Below are positions 9,473 through 18,904 of a stretch of DNA of 64,000 nucleotides, one piece after another. Where the stretch lies: IMG/VR virus record IMGVR_UViG_3300042556_002263. One strand, 5' to 3'. Source of the stretch: an uncultured virus (IMG/VR IMGVR_UViG_3300042556_002263). Its lineage: Duplodnaviria; Heunggongvirae; Uroviricota; Caudoviricetes. The translations under genes and the position numbers were made by a program. The notes below the pieces were generated by a model, which saw only the letters and a list, made by a program, of their open reading frames with translations, was not told where the DNA came from and made no database searches. Each line of letters begins with the position of its first letter. Position 1 is the first letter of the stretch.

Positions 9473-9850
9473 ATGAAGAAAGCACTAATCATCAAGGCAG
9501 ACGGAACACTCCCTACCGTCATAGAAATCCCGTCACAGGTGGAGACCTATCAGGTCATCAAGGACACGGTTGCCAGCCCAAACGGGGATTGGTTTGACTG
9601 TGTGCGTGGAGAGTCGTTTCACGGCTATGTGAACGACACAGGTCTGATTGACGGACTCCCCATGAACCCGATTGCTTCCATCCTGTTCGGGCAGGTCTTG
9701 TGTGGAGATGTAATCCTGTTCGGGTCATACTCTCCCAAGGGCGAGTATGACGGTGACGAGTACGACATTCCCGAATGGGTAGTCGCAAATGTCCGTTCAG
9801 CGTTCATGCTGTGGAAGATGAACGCAGACGCTCAGGCGGTCTGGGTATGA
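9473..9850 (+). CDS. DUF3846-like protein
   Basis: YVNDTGLIDGLPMNPIAS...LCGDVILFG pattern; leaderless start. Confidence 0.6.
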   Translation: MKKALIIKADGTLPTVIEIPSQVETYQVIKDTVASPNGDWFDCVRGESFHGYVNDTGLIDGLPMNPIASILFGQVLCGDVILFGSYSPKGEYDGDEYDIPEWVVANVRSAFMLWKMNADAQAVWV

Positions 9851-10089
9851 CCCCTTTCCGCCACCGTCGCTTCATTAGAAAGAAGAAACTCCGTTACCCA
9901 GCAGCCCCGCAGCCCGATTGGAAGCGCATAGAGAAGGGCAGAGCAGATAGTGGCAAGTTCACGCCGAACGGGGCCACCGACAGGCAGGCTCGCCTGAACA
10001 TTCATCAGTATCCCCATGACCGTGCCGACTACGAAAAAAATCCGTTTCGGAATGTTGTGAACCCAACCCTTACAAGCCATAATGGACTT

Positions 10090-10257
10090 ATGAGGGAAGG
10101 AGGAATCACCGAGATGAGCAAGTCGCATCGTGTCGCAATGGCACAGGCACTTATCACCGAACTCGCCGAGGCGCACCAGCGTCACGGTGATACGGAAGGC
10201 ACTCGGCGGTTGCAGGCGATGGTCGCCCGTATGGTCGCCGAACTGCTGTACCGCTAA
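10090..10257 (+). CDS. hypothetical protein
   Basis: leaderless ATG at 10090 (alternative SD-led ATG at 10114). Confidence 0.55.
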   Translation: MREGGITEMSKSHRVAMAQALITELAEAHQRHGDTEGTRRLQAMVARMVAELLYR

Positions 10258-10537
10258 TCGGTAAAGTGCTACCGAGTCAGACTCGGCGCTCGGGGGAGCG
10301 TGGCAACAGAATCCCCCCAGCCCCCACGGAGGTTCCCGTGGGCGTTCACGGAGTATGGCTCCGAGGCGCAAGCCCCCCTTGCGTTAGCACTCTGAGTGCC
10401 GTGAACCCCTACGGGAGCAACTGTGGTGAGTGGCTCCGCGCGGGACTCAAGCCGTGGGTGGGTACTCCTTTATCTCCCTGCCCACGGCTTCCGCATCACA
10501 CTCCCACATGGGGCATAATGAGCCCCGAGGTACAACT

Positions 10538-10954
10538 ATGTCTGACACAATCACCACAATCTGCGACAACTGCGAGCGTGAGGTCAAGAGCGTTTACATG
10601 GGCGTGGACTTGCCCGATAACGGTCTTTACTTCTCGCCTAACAGCATGGGCTATTACGCAGGCTTCTTTGACAACTTCCCACCTGACGAAGAGGACAAGG
10701 ATGGGTATTCCATTTGCCACGAATGTGCCGTGAACTTCATGACTGCGTTGCCGGGGCTGGCGAAGCGTCTGCTCCCGTTCGGAGGGGGACACCCGATAAG
10801 CGGTCACTACCCTGACCCACCTTGCTGTCCGTGGGCGTGGACATGGGACGAGGAAGCCCCGTGTCCCGAGTGTGGAGCCGTCACGACCTGTCTCGCCAAT
10901 CACGACATGATGTGGGAAAGACAAAAATGTCGGTGCCTGAGGTTGTCAAACTAA
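10538..10954 (+). CDS. Cys-rich hypothetical protein
   Basis: SD gaggt; several CxxC. Confidence 0.65.
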   Translation: MSDTITTICDNCEREVKSVYMGVDLPDNGLYFSPNSMGYYAGFFDNFPPDEEDKDGYSICHECAVNFMTALPGLAKRLLPFGGGHPISGHYPDPPCCPWAWTWDEEAPCPECGAVTTCLANHDMMWERQKCRCLRLSN

Positions 10955-10977
10955 CCCTTACAAGCCACAATGGGTGT

Positions 10978-11247
10978 ATGACCAACTACGACGCATGGCT
11001 CGAGAAGCCGTACCAAGACCAATACGACGCAGAAGTGACACGCAACCTCATCTGCTCAGAGGACAAGGAAGAGGGCGACCCCTACTGCGACTACGAGGGC
11101 GAGGCTGATGCCTGCGTCACGGACGAGTCAAGCGGTAAGCGTTGGTGGTCGGTGACCTACGAGGGCGAGTGTCCGAAGTGCGGTGCCTCTTTCCGACAGA
11201 CGGAAGGCGACTACGACGACTCCCCCGAGGAGTACTGGTACGGATGA
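10978..11247 (+). CDS. acidic Zn-ribbon-like protein
   Basis: leaderless; CPKCG; N-terminus shared with 15222. Confidence 0.7.
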   Translation: MTNYDAWLEKPYQDQYDAEVTRNLICSEDKEEGDPYCDYEGEADACVTDESSGKRWWSVTYEGECPKCGASFRQTEGDYDDSPEEYWYG

Positions 11248-11510
11248 AAATCTACTGGGATGACGACCTAGTTCCAGGCGACTTCCTGGAACACCTGGAA
11301 GAGTCGGGCTACAACGAACCCGAGGACTGCGTTTGCGAATGTGGGGAAATCACCGAGGGCGTAGCCCCGTGGTTCCATCTGTCGGCGAACGGGCTGTGGA
11401 TTCACTACGAGTTCCCGTGCGGGGCTTGCGACGCACAGTCCACCGAGGCGATGGACATAACTGACATCTATGCCCGTTGGGGCGTGAGAAAGTTGGAGAA
11501 ATCTCTCTGA
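11244..11510 (+). CDS. acidic Cys-rich protein
   Basis: ATGA overlap; CVCECG, CGAC. Confidence 0.6.
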   Translation: MKIYWDDDLVPGDFLEHLEESGYNEPEDCVCECGEITEGVAPWFHLSANGLWIHYEFPCGACDAQSTEAMDITDIYARWGVRKLEKSL

Positions 11511-11551
11511 TGAAAGTTGTGAAGTCCACCCTTACAAGCCACAATGATGGT

Positions 11552-11800
11552 ATGACCACCACAACGAAGTACACAGATACCTTTCAGGGCTTGCTTGACT
11601 GCGAGTACTACTCCCTCGGCGCAACGGGCGCAGAAGCGTTGGCAGCGATGCTTGACGACTACAACGAGGGTCGCCTCACCGAGTTCCTCGCAGAGCAGGG
11701 CGTGACGGACGCAGAGTTCCTCGCAACCGTGAACCGCCTCGCCGTGAAGTGGGCGAGCGAGAACCTCCTCAACTTCCGAATCGGGGTGGACGGGCGATGA
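11552..11800 (+). CDS. hypothetical protein
   Basis: leaderless start after promoter 11515. Confidence 0.65.
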   Translation: MTTTTKYTDTFQGLLDCEYYSLGATGAEALAAMLDDYNEGRLTEFLAEQGVTDAEFLATVNRLAVKWASENLLNFRIGVDGR

Positions 11801-12015
11801 ACCAGCCAACCGAAAGCATCCTCGCAATCTTGCGAACCTACAAGGGGAAGCGAGTACGCCTTCACCACACAAGTGATGCGTTCACCCGCCTAGTCCCGGG
11901 CGACGAAGGCGTCGTCACTTTCGTTGATGACTGCGGGACTGTCCATGTCGCATGGGACAACGGTTCCACCCTCGGACTTATTTACAGAGAAGATAGTTAT
12001 GAGGTTGTGGCTTAG
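11797..12015 (+). CDS. DUF4314-like protein
   Basis: GKRVRL...D...PGDEGVV.FVDD.GTVHVAWDNGSTLGLI...D. Confidence 0.7.
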   Translation: MNQPTESILAILRTYKGKRVRLHHTSDAFTRLVPGDEGVVTFVDDCGTVHVAWDNGSTLGLIYREDSYEVVA

Positions 12016-12039
12016 TCCCTTAGAAGCCATAATGAACAT

Positions 12040-12498
12040 ATGGGATTAGACCAATACTTATCAGCAAAAACAGTCGTAGTGGGTGGAGACAGCCCACGAA
12101 GCGAGACCTACAACAAAATCCTCACAGCAGTCGGCTCACCGACAACCCGTGAGCGAGTTCTGCCAATGGCGACAGTCACCGTTCAGGTGGGCTACTGGCG
12201 CAAAGAGAACGCCATTCACAAGTGGTTCGTGGACAATGTTCAGGACGGCGAGGACAACTGTGCCGAATACTTTGTCGGCAGAGAGCAGTTGGAAGAACTG
12301 AAAGAACTGTGCGAGAAAGTTCTCGCAGACCACTCACTCGCAGGCGAGTTGCTTCCCACGCAAGAGGGCTTCTTCTTCGGCTCAACGGAGTTTGACGAGT
12401 GGTACTTCACGGGACTGCGTGACACGGTGGAAATCGTGAACCTTTGCTTCTCACCTGAGTACGAGAACTGGGAGTTCACATACCAGTCGTCTTGGTAG
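12040..12498 (+). CDS. conserved phage protein (MGLDxY / YWRKxNAIHxWF family)
   Basis: MGLDQYL, VGYWRKENAIHKWFV, GFFFGS, YQSSW. Confidence 0.7.
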   Translation: MGLDQYLSAKTVVVGGDSPRSETYNKILTAVGSPTTRERVLPMATVTVQVGYWRKENAIHKWFVDNVQDGEDNCAEYFVGREQLEELKELCEKVLADHSLAGELLPTQEGFFFGSTEFDEWYFTGLRDTVEIVNLCFSPEYENWEFTYQSSW

Positions 12499-12703
12499 GG
12501 GCTTTCCGCCACCGTGACCACATTAGATAACACTTCTCCTCGGTCGGGGAGTCCCGCCGGTGATAAATCCTTCCCTCATAGGCTTATCCACAGGCGGGGC
12601 TCTCTCAGGGGGTGTGTCAGGGTTGTTTATCCACAGGAAAGTTGTGGATAACTTTCTTCGGTGGAATGTTGTGAGTACGACCCTTACAAGCCACAATGGA
12701 GTT

Positions 12704-13009
12704 ATGAGCAACACAGCAACCCTCAAAAAGTCCCTCACGGGGAAGTTCACCTACATTGAGTACACCAACGGCGAGTGCGCCATTATCGGCGAGGACTACA
12801 TCATGTCGTTCCCTGAGAACAGCACGGCTATCGCAGAGTGGACATACCGACCTGCCGTACAGAACCTTGTGGTCGCCTACAAGAACAGCACCACCACCTA
12901 CATCTACGAGGGTGTCCCCATGAGCGTCATCTTCGCCATGCTCACAGCCGACAGCCTCGGTGCGTTTATCGCCCGTGAGGTCAAGCCGAACTACGGGGTG
13001 AAGGTCTAA
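12704..13009 (+). CDS. KTSC-domain protein (paralog of 5148)
   Basis: STAIAEWTY...YIYEGVP...ADSLGAFIAREVKPNY. Confidence 0.75.
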   Translation: MSNTATLKKSLTGKFTYIEYTNGECAIIGEDYIMSFPENSTAIAEWTYRPAVQNLVVAYKNSTTTYIYEGVPMSVIFAMLTADSLGAFIAREVKPNYGVKV

Positions 13010-13194
13010 TGGGCTTGTTCACGACCTACCTCGCCTACAAGGTGGGCAAGCGTGTCGGCAGAAGCGGGGCAGAGCCCGACGAGTTCTTCACGGGCGACCC
13101 GACCTGCCTACACTATGACGAGTGTGCCAACGAAGGTGGGTGTCTCAACCGTGCCTGTGAGTTCGGAGAAATCTCGGATGAAGGTTGTTGTTAG
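13009..13194 (+). CDS. small Cys-rich protein
   Basis: TAATG overlap with previous gene. Confidence 0.55.
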   Translation: MGLFTTYLAYKVGKRVGRSGAEPDEFFTGDPTCLHYDECANEGGCLNRACEFGEISDEGCC

Positions 13195-13219
13195 TCCCAC
13201 TAAAAGCCATAATGAATGT

Positions 13220-13336
13220 ATGAGCATCAACGACATTTACGAAAACTGGGACACCCCCGACACCTGCTATTGCCGAGACAACTACGAAGGCGAGTGCCGA
13301 GTGTGTGAAAAAGAGGAAGAGGAGGACGACGAGTGA
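13220..13336 (+). CDS. 38-aa acidic Cys protein
   Basis: leaderless start after promoter 13183. Confidence 0.6.
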   Translation: MSINDIYENWDTPDTCYCRDNYEGECRVCEKEEEEDDE

Positions 13337-13914
13337 CCAAGCGCAAGCGCAGGGTAGAGCAACTGTGCCTGCCCGAAGAACTACCCATGCTGGTTGAGTC
13401 GCTGGCTCAGGCGTGGATGCTGGGCGCAGCCCCGAAGGTCGTACAGAACGCCTGTGTCGCAGGCGCACGGTTCGCCGTTGAGTACCTTCGGCGTGTCGGC
13501 GTAGAGGCGTGGGCTACGCAGGTGGATGCTCTCGCCCTAGACGAGCAGTCGTACCAAGATGTTCTCGCCAAGCGAAATCCAACTGGCTGGTCGGTCGGGG
13601 CTCTCTCGCTGACCACCGTACCGAACACATGGAACGGTCATGTTGTTGTGGAGACGCAGGACTGGTTCATTGACCTGACGGCAGGGCAGATGAGCCGACC
13701 ACACAAAGAAATCACGATTCTCAACGGGCTGTGTGTCCCAACCGAAAAACTGCTTCACCATGAAAATGTTTGGCAAGGTGAGTGGTATGAAGTCCCGGTA
13801 TCCCAGGGTCACTACCTGTTCAGGGACGCCGTGGTTCAGAGAGACATCACCACAGCCCCCGACTGGCACGGTGGTCTAGACCTTCTAAAAGATGTTGTAA
13901 AACTTACCGACTGA
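13333..13914 (+). CDS. putative transglutaminase/papain-like Cys-His-Asp protein
   Basis: NACVAG...WNGHVVV...FIDLTAGQ triad spacing. Confidence 0.5.
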   Translation: MTKRKRRVEQLCLPEELPMLVESLAQAWMLGAAPKVVQNACVAGARFAVEYLRRVGVEAWATQVDALALDEQSYQDVLAKRNPTGWSVGALSLTTVPNTWNGHVVVETQDWFIDLTAGQMSRPHKEITILNGLCVPTEKLLHHENVWQGEWYEVPVSQGHYLFRDAVVQRDITTAPDWHGGLDLLKDVVKLTD

Positions 13915-13951
13915 GGTTGTGGTTGTGTTCACTACAAGCCATAATGGGTGT

Positions 13952-14182
13952 ATGAGCAACACCAACATCCAATGCGAATACTGTGGCGAAGTCCCCATTT
14001 CGGGAGACTGTCCCCACGGCTGTCACGAGCGTCTCCCGAAGGCGTGGCGCAACGGCAGATACATCTACTGCCTGAGCCACAGCACGGAGCAGGTCTTTGA
14101 GTACGAAATCATCTACAAGGGCGACCCTGCGCTGTCCTACGGTAAGCGCAAGTGCGACTGGTGTAAGAAGGTGCTGGCATGA
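13952..14182 (+). CDS. small Cys-rich protein
   Basis: leaderless; CEYC, CPHGC, CDWC. Confidence 0.65.
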   Translation: MSNTNIQCEYCGEVPISGDCPHGCHERLPKAWRNGRYIYCLSHSTEQVFEYEIIYKGDPALSYGKRKCDWCKKVLA

Positions 14183-14328
14183 GCAGGCGCAAGCACATTG
14201 CCCAAGACAAGTGGTGCGAAGCCGACAGGCAAGCGTTCGCTGACGGAAATCGTCTAAGGGCGACCACCATTCCTGACAAGCGCAAGAAAGCAAGCCGAGA
14301 AGCCTGCCGAGCATGGAGGCCCCGATGA
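14179..14328 (+). CDS. small basic protein
   Basis: ATGA overlaps at both ends; RATTIPDKRKKASREACR. Confidence 0.55.
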   Translation: MSRRKHIAQDKWCEADRQAFADGNRLRATTIPDKRKKASREACRAWRPR

Positions 14329-14484
14329 TAGGCACGCTTGCGTTTATCTGCTGGTTGTCTATTATCGCTTATGCCATACACAAAGGAGTCTGAGCATGAG
14401 CGAGTATCTAGGAATGTTTGCGGTTTGTAGCCTGCTGTTCTTTGCGGTTTCGTACATCATCAAGAACTGGTAGACTCGGGGCTC

Positions 14485-14673
14485 ATGGCACGATACATCT
14501 GCGAAATCTGTGATGCCGAAGTAGACCCCAAAGCATCTAATGTCTTACACCTTGTGACCGTTTGGGTAAAGGGCGGGTCTAACAGCATCAAGAAAACCGA
14601 AACACAGCATTATCGTTTCGTTCACGACTTCTGCCAACGCCCCGCGAATGAAGACCAACTTTCTTTGTTCTAA
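14485..14673 (+). CDS. small Zn-finger-like protein
   Basis: CEIC...HDFC. Confidence 0.6.
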   Translation: MARYICEICDAEVDPKASNVLHLVTVWVKGGSNSIKKTETQHYRFVHDFCQRPANEDQLSLF

Positions 14674-14730
14674 CCAAATAATGTTGTAAGACAGGTTGTT
14701 GTTCTAACCACTAAACGCCATAATGAGTGT

Positions 14731-15048
14731 ATGGATAACTACAACATCACCCTCAATAAGAATGAGTTGCGTGTTGGTGGTCGGAAGGTGGCAACCGTGT
14801 CAAACTTCCCTGCCTTGCGTGACGCATTGTTCTCAAACCTGACACGACACGAAGCCGTGTACCTCGCTGTTTCACTTCTCGGTGAAGCCCGAACTGCCGA
14901 AATCGCCAAACTGCTTGGCGAGGACAAGGCAAACACTACGAAGCGTTTGGAAGCACTCGTAGATGACGGCAGGCTGACAATCGTGGAAACGGCAAACCGA
15001 AAGCCGGGACCGGGTCGCCCCTCTCGTGTGTGGGCGATAGCCGACTAA
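14731..15048 (+). CDS. winged-HTH DNA-binding protein
   Basis: ARTAEIAKLLGEDKANTTKRLEALVDDG...GRPSRVW; leaderless. Confidence 0.75.
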   Translation: MDNYNITLNKNELRVGGRKVATVSNFPALRDALFSNLTRHEAVYLAVSLLGEARTAEIAKLLGEDKANTTKRLEALVDDGRLTIVETANRKPGPGRPSRVWAIAD

Positions 15049-15221
15049 GGCTTTCCGCCACCGTAAGGGCATTAGAAACACACAACCTTCGGGGGCGAAG
15101 CCCCGCGCAGAGTTTGTTAGTTCGCAACGATTGTTGTTTAGCATCAGTTGTGGATAAACCTGTGGATAACTTTATGGTGGTCAAGGTTGTTGTTTCTACC
15201 ATTACAAGCCATAATGGGTGT

Positions 15222-15416
15222 ATGACCGATTACGACTCATGGCTGGAACAGCCCTACCAAGACCAATACGCATGGGACGACCTGTGCGAACAGTACGAAG
15301 GTACTGACCAACACAAGGAAGACCTTGCCGAGTGGCTTGCGGAGAATCCCGACATGAAGGCAGAGGACTTCTGGGACTACTGCGAGGACTTCGTGAGAAG
15401 GTGGGCAGACCGATGA
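15222..15416 (+). CDS. small acidic protein
   Basis: leaderless after promoter 15185. Confidence 0.65.
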   Translation: MTDYDSWLEQPYQDQYAWDDLCEQYEGTDQHKEDLAEWLAENPDMKAEDFWDYCEDFVRRWADR

Positions 15417-15643
15417 ACCAAGACGACTTTGACCAAGACCCCGAGGAGAGCCCCGAGTTCGTTCCCGTAGAGGAGAGCGAGGATGAGGAGTTTGACCCGT
15501 TCAGCGACCCGAACTACCATGCCCCCAACAGGTGTAGCGACCCTAACTGTTGGGAGTGTGATGACGACGATGACGGGGCTGGCTCGGAGAAGTTCCCAGG
15601 CGAGGACATTTGGTGGAAGACCAACGACAAGTGGAACAAATAA
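15413..15643 (+). CDS. very acidic small protein
   Basis: ATGA overlap; D/E-rich. Confidence 0.6.
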   Translation: MNQDDFDQDPEESPEFVPVEESEDEEFDPFSDPNYHAPNRCSDPNCWECDDDDDGAGSEKFPGEDIWWKTNDKWNK

Positions 15644-15691
15644 TCTTCATGGAATGTTGTGATTCTGACTCTTACAAGCCATAATAGAAGT

Positions 15692-15859
15692 ATGAGTGCT
15701 ATGAAACGAATCACCGAAATACTGGACGACATGTTCCGTCCGATGTGTCCCAAGTGCGGGTACATCCCCAAGAACAAGCCCGAGGGCTACTGCTTCTACT
15801 GCGAAATGGCAGGAGACTGGTGCCAGTGCGATGTGTCTGACATGTGTAAGTGCGACTGA
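15692..15859 (+). CDS. small Cys-rich protein
   Basis: leaderless; multiple CxxC. Confidence 0.6.
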   Translation: MSAMKRITEILDDMFRPMCPKCGYIPKNKPEGYCFYCEMAGDWCQCDVSDMCKCD

Positions 15860-16041
15860 TGCCGAACAGGTGGTCACACAGGTGTTCGGGGTGCGGCGCA
15901 GCCCCGATAAACGGTTTCTGCCCGTACGGGTGCGAGGAGTTTCTCTGCGGAGACTGCGCCCAAGACGAAGCCTATGCCGAAGAACTGCGGGGCTACCCGC
16001 TGGCGCAACTACCCCCGTGCGACCGATGTGGAAATAAATAG
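15859..16041 (+). CDS. small Cys-rich protein
   Basis: TGATG overlap; four Cys pairs. Confidence 0.55.
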   Translation: MPNRWSHRCSGCGAAPINGFCPYGCEEFLCGDCAQDEAYAEELRGYPLAQLPPCDRCGNK

Positions 16042-16095
16042 GTAAATCTTTCTCAACAGGTTGTGGTCATAACTACTAAATGCCACAATGAAGAT

Positions 16096-16236
16096 ATGAA
16101 CGAAGAAACCTTCCCCATCATCAAGTGCGTCACCGAAGAGTGCGAGAACATGACCGACATGGTCGTCTGCGAGGACTGCGTGGACAGAATGCTCCCTGCC
16201 TACGAGCGACACCTAGAGAGGCAACAGGGGCTGTAA
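16096..16236 (+). CDS. 46-aa Cys-containing protein
   Basis: leaderless ATG at +37 of promoter 16059. Confidence 0.6.
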   Translation: MNEETFPIIKCVTEECENMTDMVVCEDCVDRMLPAYERHLERQQGL

Positions 16237-16385
16237 GCCCCCTAGTCGCCGTTGTGCTACATTCTCACCAAGCGAGGTGAGACTATGAGCAATGGCAGAA
16301 TAAAGGGCAAGAAGTACGGCGGTCTGTTTGACTGGAGGCGTAAGCCGACCACACGGACTGGTGCGAAGAAGCGGAAGAGCAAGTA

Positions 16386-16712
16386 ATGCCCGTTGGTTGG
16401 GGCGGCAGCCCCGGTGCAGAAGAAATGACTGGCGACTTAGCGCAATACACCAAGTACTTTGCTCTCCATGACCTTGACTTTGACATCATGTACAGGTCGG
16501 GGCTGTGGAGTGTGACGGTTTGGGGAAAACGAGAAATCCCACCCGTGAAGGTGAGAAATGTGAAAGTAATGGACGACACAGATGGTGGATTTCATTGGGA
16601 ATACTCCACACTCACTCATTTGCGAGACTTTGTTGCGACGAGCGAGTCCCGCGCGACGCTTGACGAGGCTTTACAGCAGGCGTATCAAGCCGTGAAGGTG
16701 GCTAGGGTCTAG
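16386..16712 (+). CDS. hypothetical protein
   Basis: ORF coupled to a small basic ORF 16285..16386; start uncertain. Confidence 0.5.
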   Translation: MPVGWGGSPGAEEMTGDLAQYTKYFALHDLDFDIMYRSGLWSVTVWGKREIPPVKVRNVKVMDDTDGGFHWEYSTLTHLRDFVATSESRATLDEALQQAYQAVKVARV

Positions 16713-16879
16713 CCCTTCCGCTGAACCCAGCCGTCGCCCTCAGGCTCCCAGCCAGCGTCCTTGAGGAGTCCAACGATGACCTGCATCGCAATCCACTCCC
16801 CCTTGTCCAGTATCGCCTTTGCTTCGGCGAGGTACTTGACTTCGGTGGGGTGCTCTTCTATGTACTGATTGCTGTTCAT
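16709..16879 (-). CDS. hypothetical protein
   Basis: leaderless after minus-strand promoter 16916. Confidence 0.65.
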   Translation of the reverse strand: MNSNQYIEEHPTEVKYLAEAKAILDKGEWIAMQVIVGLLKDAGWEPEGDGWVQRKG

Positions 16880-16942
16880 ATGACCATTATGGCGTCTAAG
16901 CAACCGAACCACAACCTCTAATTTATTTGTATTGTACAACAA

Positions 16943-16958
16943 TGTTTCACGAGAAACA
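16943..16958. promoter_or_regulatory. parS-like palindrome
   Basis: TGTTTCACGAGAAACA vs consensus TGTTTCACGTGAAACA (1 mismatch), extended by aa/tt. Confidence 0.6.
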
Positions 16959-17005
16959 TTGGTCGGCAGGTTGTGGTCAGACCCACTACAAGCCATAATG
17001 AAGGT

Positions 17006-17278
17006 ATGAAAGCAACCAAGCCCAACCCCCAAGACCTCCTCCTCATCGCCTTCAAGGCTGCTGAACTGGAGGTTCTCCTGAAGCGACTCGGCACCATGCC
17101 CTCTTACTTCAACCCGAACCCAGCCGACCTGCCCGACCTGCCGTGGTCGACCACGACCCTCGCCAACCTTGTGAACGACCTCGCCTCGGTCACGAGGTTG
17201 ATTGACGACGAGATGGAGCAGGAAGAGTGGGGCATCACCGACGACATGGTCGACGAAATCTGCGAGGTTCTCGGATGA
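17006..17278 (+). CDS. hypothetical protein
   Basis: leaderless after promoter 16969. Confidence 0.65.
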   Translation: MKATKPNPQDLLLIAFKAAELEVLLKRLGTMPSYFNPNPADLPDLPWSTTTLANLVNDLASVTRLIDDEMEQEEWGITDDMVDEICEVLG

Positions 17279-17319
17279 CGCAGGTTGCGAAGCCGACCCT
17301 TACAAGCCATAATGGTGAT

Positions 17320-17589
17320 ATGAACAACAACGACACCATCGACCTCGGCATGTACACAGATGGGGGCAACAACCTCCTCGCTGAAGCCCTCATGGACGCC
17401 CTGCGTGTCCCCGCCCACGAGTTCCCCCGTGACGGACACGAGGACTGGTTCACGGCGTGGGTGAAAGCCCATCCTGTTCACAGCGGGGCCCTCGTACGGC
17501 ACACCGAGTGGACAGATACCGATGTGATGGACAGGGTGGTGTGGGCGCTGTCTGACCCCGAGCGTGGCATGAGGTGGCTCACCTCCTGA
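17320..17589 (+). CDS. hypothetical protein
   Basis: leaderless after promoter 17283. Confidence 0.65.
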   Translation: MNNNDTIDLGMYTDGGNNLLAEALMDALRVPAHEFPRDGHEDWFTAWVKAHPVHSGALVRHTEWTDTDVMDRVVWALSDPERGMRWLTS

Positions 17590-17781
17590 GGGCTTTCCGC
17601 CACCGTGACTCCATTAGAAAAGCGCATTTGTTCCCCGGAGGGGCCCCGCGTGTCTATTTAGCGAACTGAGGGCGCGGGGCGTCCGAAAGGGGGTGTGTCA
17701 TGGTTTCCTGTGGACAAATCTGTGGATAACTTTCCCTGCCTTCGGGTTGTGGTGATACCCACTACAAGCCATACTGGCGGC

Positions 17782-17964
17782 ATGACCAAACACACCAACC
17801 CCACCCCCATCGGCACCTCCCTTCCGCTCGCCCGCAAGGTGAAGCGCCGTCCCCTCACGCCCGTCACCCACGAGGGCGACCACCCTGGTGCCTTCGGGCT
17901 GACCTACGAGGAGTTGCACGGGCTCGTGCGCTGGGCGCAGGCGATGAGGGGGGAGGTCGTGTGA
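17782..17964 (+). CDS. hypothetical protein
   Basis: leaderless after promoter 17745. Confidence 0.6.
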   Translation: MTKHTNPTPIGTSLPLARKVKRRPLTPVTHEGDHPGAFGLTYEELHGLVRWAQAMRGEVV

Positions 17965-18029
17965 ACCCATCGCCCAAAATGTTTGAGAACGAGGTTGTTG
18001 TTTTGACCCTTACACGCCATAATGGTGAT

Positions 18030-18092
18030 ATGAACATTTTCATAGCCGTTTACGCAATAGCCTCAGTCACCATGATTTTGTGGGCAAGGTAG
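18030..18092 (+). CDS. 20-aa hydrophobic peptide
   Basis: MNIFIAVYAIASVTMILWAR; ATG at +37 of promoter 17993. Confidence 0.55.
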   Translation: MNIFIAVYAIASVTMILWAR

Positions 18093-18335
18093 TTGCAAGA
18101 AGCCCACACTTGGGATAAAGTCCCGTTTACCTCACAACCCCCACTTTGAGGCGCAAGTGCCCCCACCCAGTTCGAACATCAGGGTGGGGGTTCTTGTCGT
18201 ATTATGGGTACATGGCAGAAGACAAAGACGGGGCTAAGCCCAAAGAAGAAAAACAGAAAAAGGCGAAGCCAAGATTTCTACAAAGAAAGCCTCGCAGGTG
18301 TTGCGGTAAGCCTTCATAAACCGTACACTGACCTA

Positions 18336-18641
18336 ATGGTAGGAAAAGACGCAGAAAACTTTGACCCCAAAGAAGTCATGGGCAAAGAAGAAGAACTCCA
18401 CGACTTCTACATTGAGACCTTTGATGATTGGCTCAAGTACGGCTATGTGAAAGGCTGGTGCGGAGCCCCGGTTTGCTACACACACGACGGACTGCCGACC
18501 ACAGAAGCAGAAGATGCCGAGTTTGAGGAAGGCGACCCATGCATCCAAATCGTTCGCCTTTATTGGGACGAAGACGAAAAGCGGGGCGTTGAGGAGAACC
18601 ACTCACCTTCACAATGGCGAGCGAGTAATCGTGGTCTCTAA
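18336..18641 (+). CDS. acidic hypothetical protein
   Basis: leaderless after degenerate promoter 18299; PVCYTHDGLP. Confidence 0.6.
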   Translation: MVGKDAENFDPKEVMGKEEELHDFYIETFDDWLKYGYVKGWCGAPVCYTHDGLPTTEAEDAEFEEGDPCIQIVRLYWDEDEKRGVEENHSPSQWRASNRGL

Positions 18642-18678
18642 GGTTGTGAAACCATCGCTTACAAGCCATAATGAAGTT

Positions 18679-18786
18679 ATGAGCAGATGGACTGAACAAG
18701 AAATAGAAGCCTTCCTTGACTACGAAGAAAGCAGAGCAAACGCTTACCTGTGTGAAACAGAGGACGACGAAGAGGAGACCGAATGA
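18679..18786 (+). CDS. 35-aa acidic peptide
   Basis: leaderless after promoter 18642. Confidence 0.55.
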   Translation: MSRWTEQEIEAFLDYEESRANAYLCETEDDEEETE

Positions 18787-18904
18787 TTACAGTAATCGGG
18801 CTCACAACCTACATCACCCTGTTGCTGTTTGGCATGAGTGGAGCAACCCTCGCCAAGCCGAAAGAAGTTCAGCAGCCCCGCGACTACAAGCATTGGGGGG
18901 AAGG

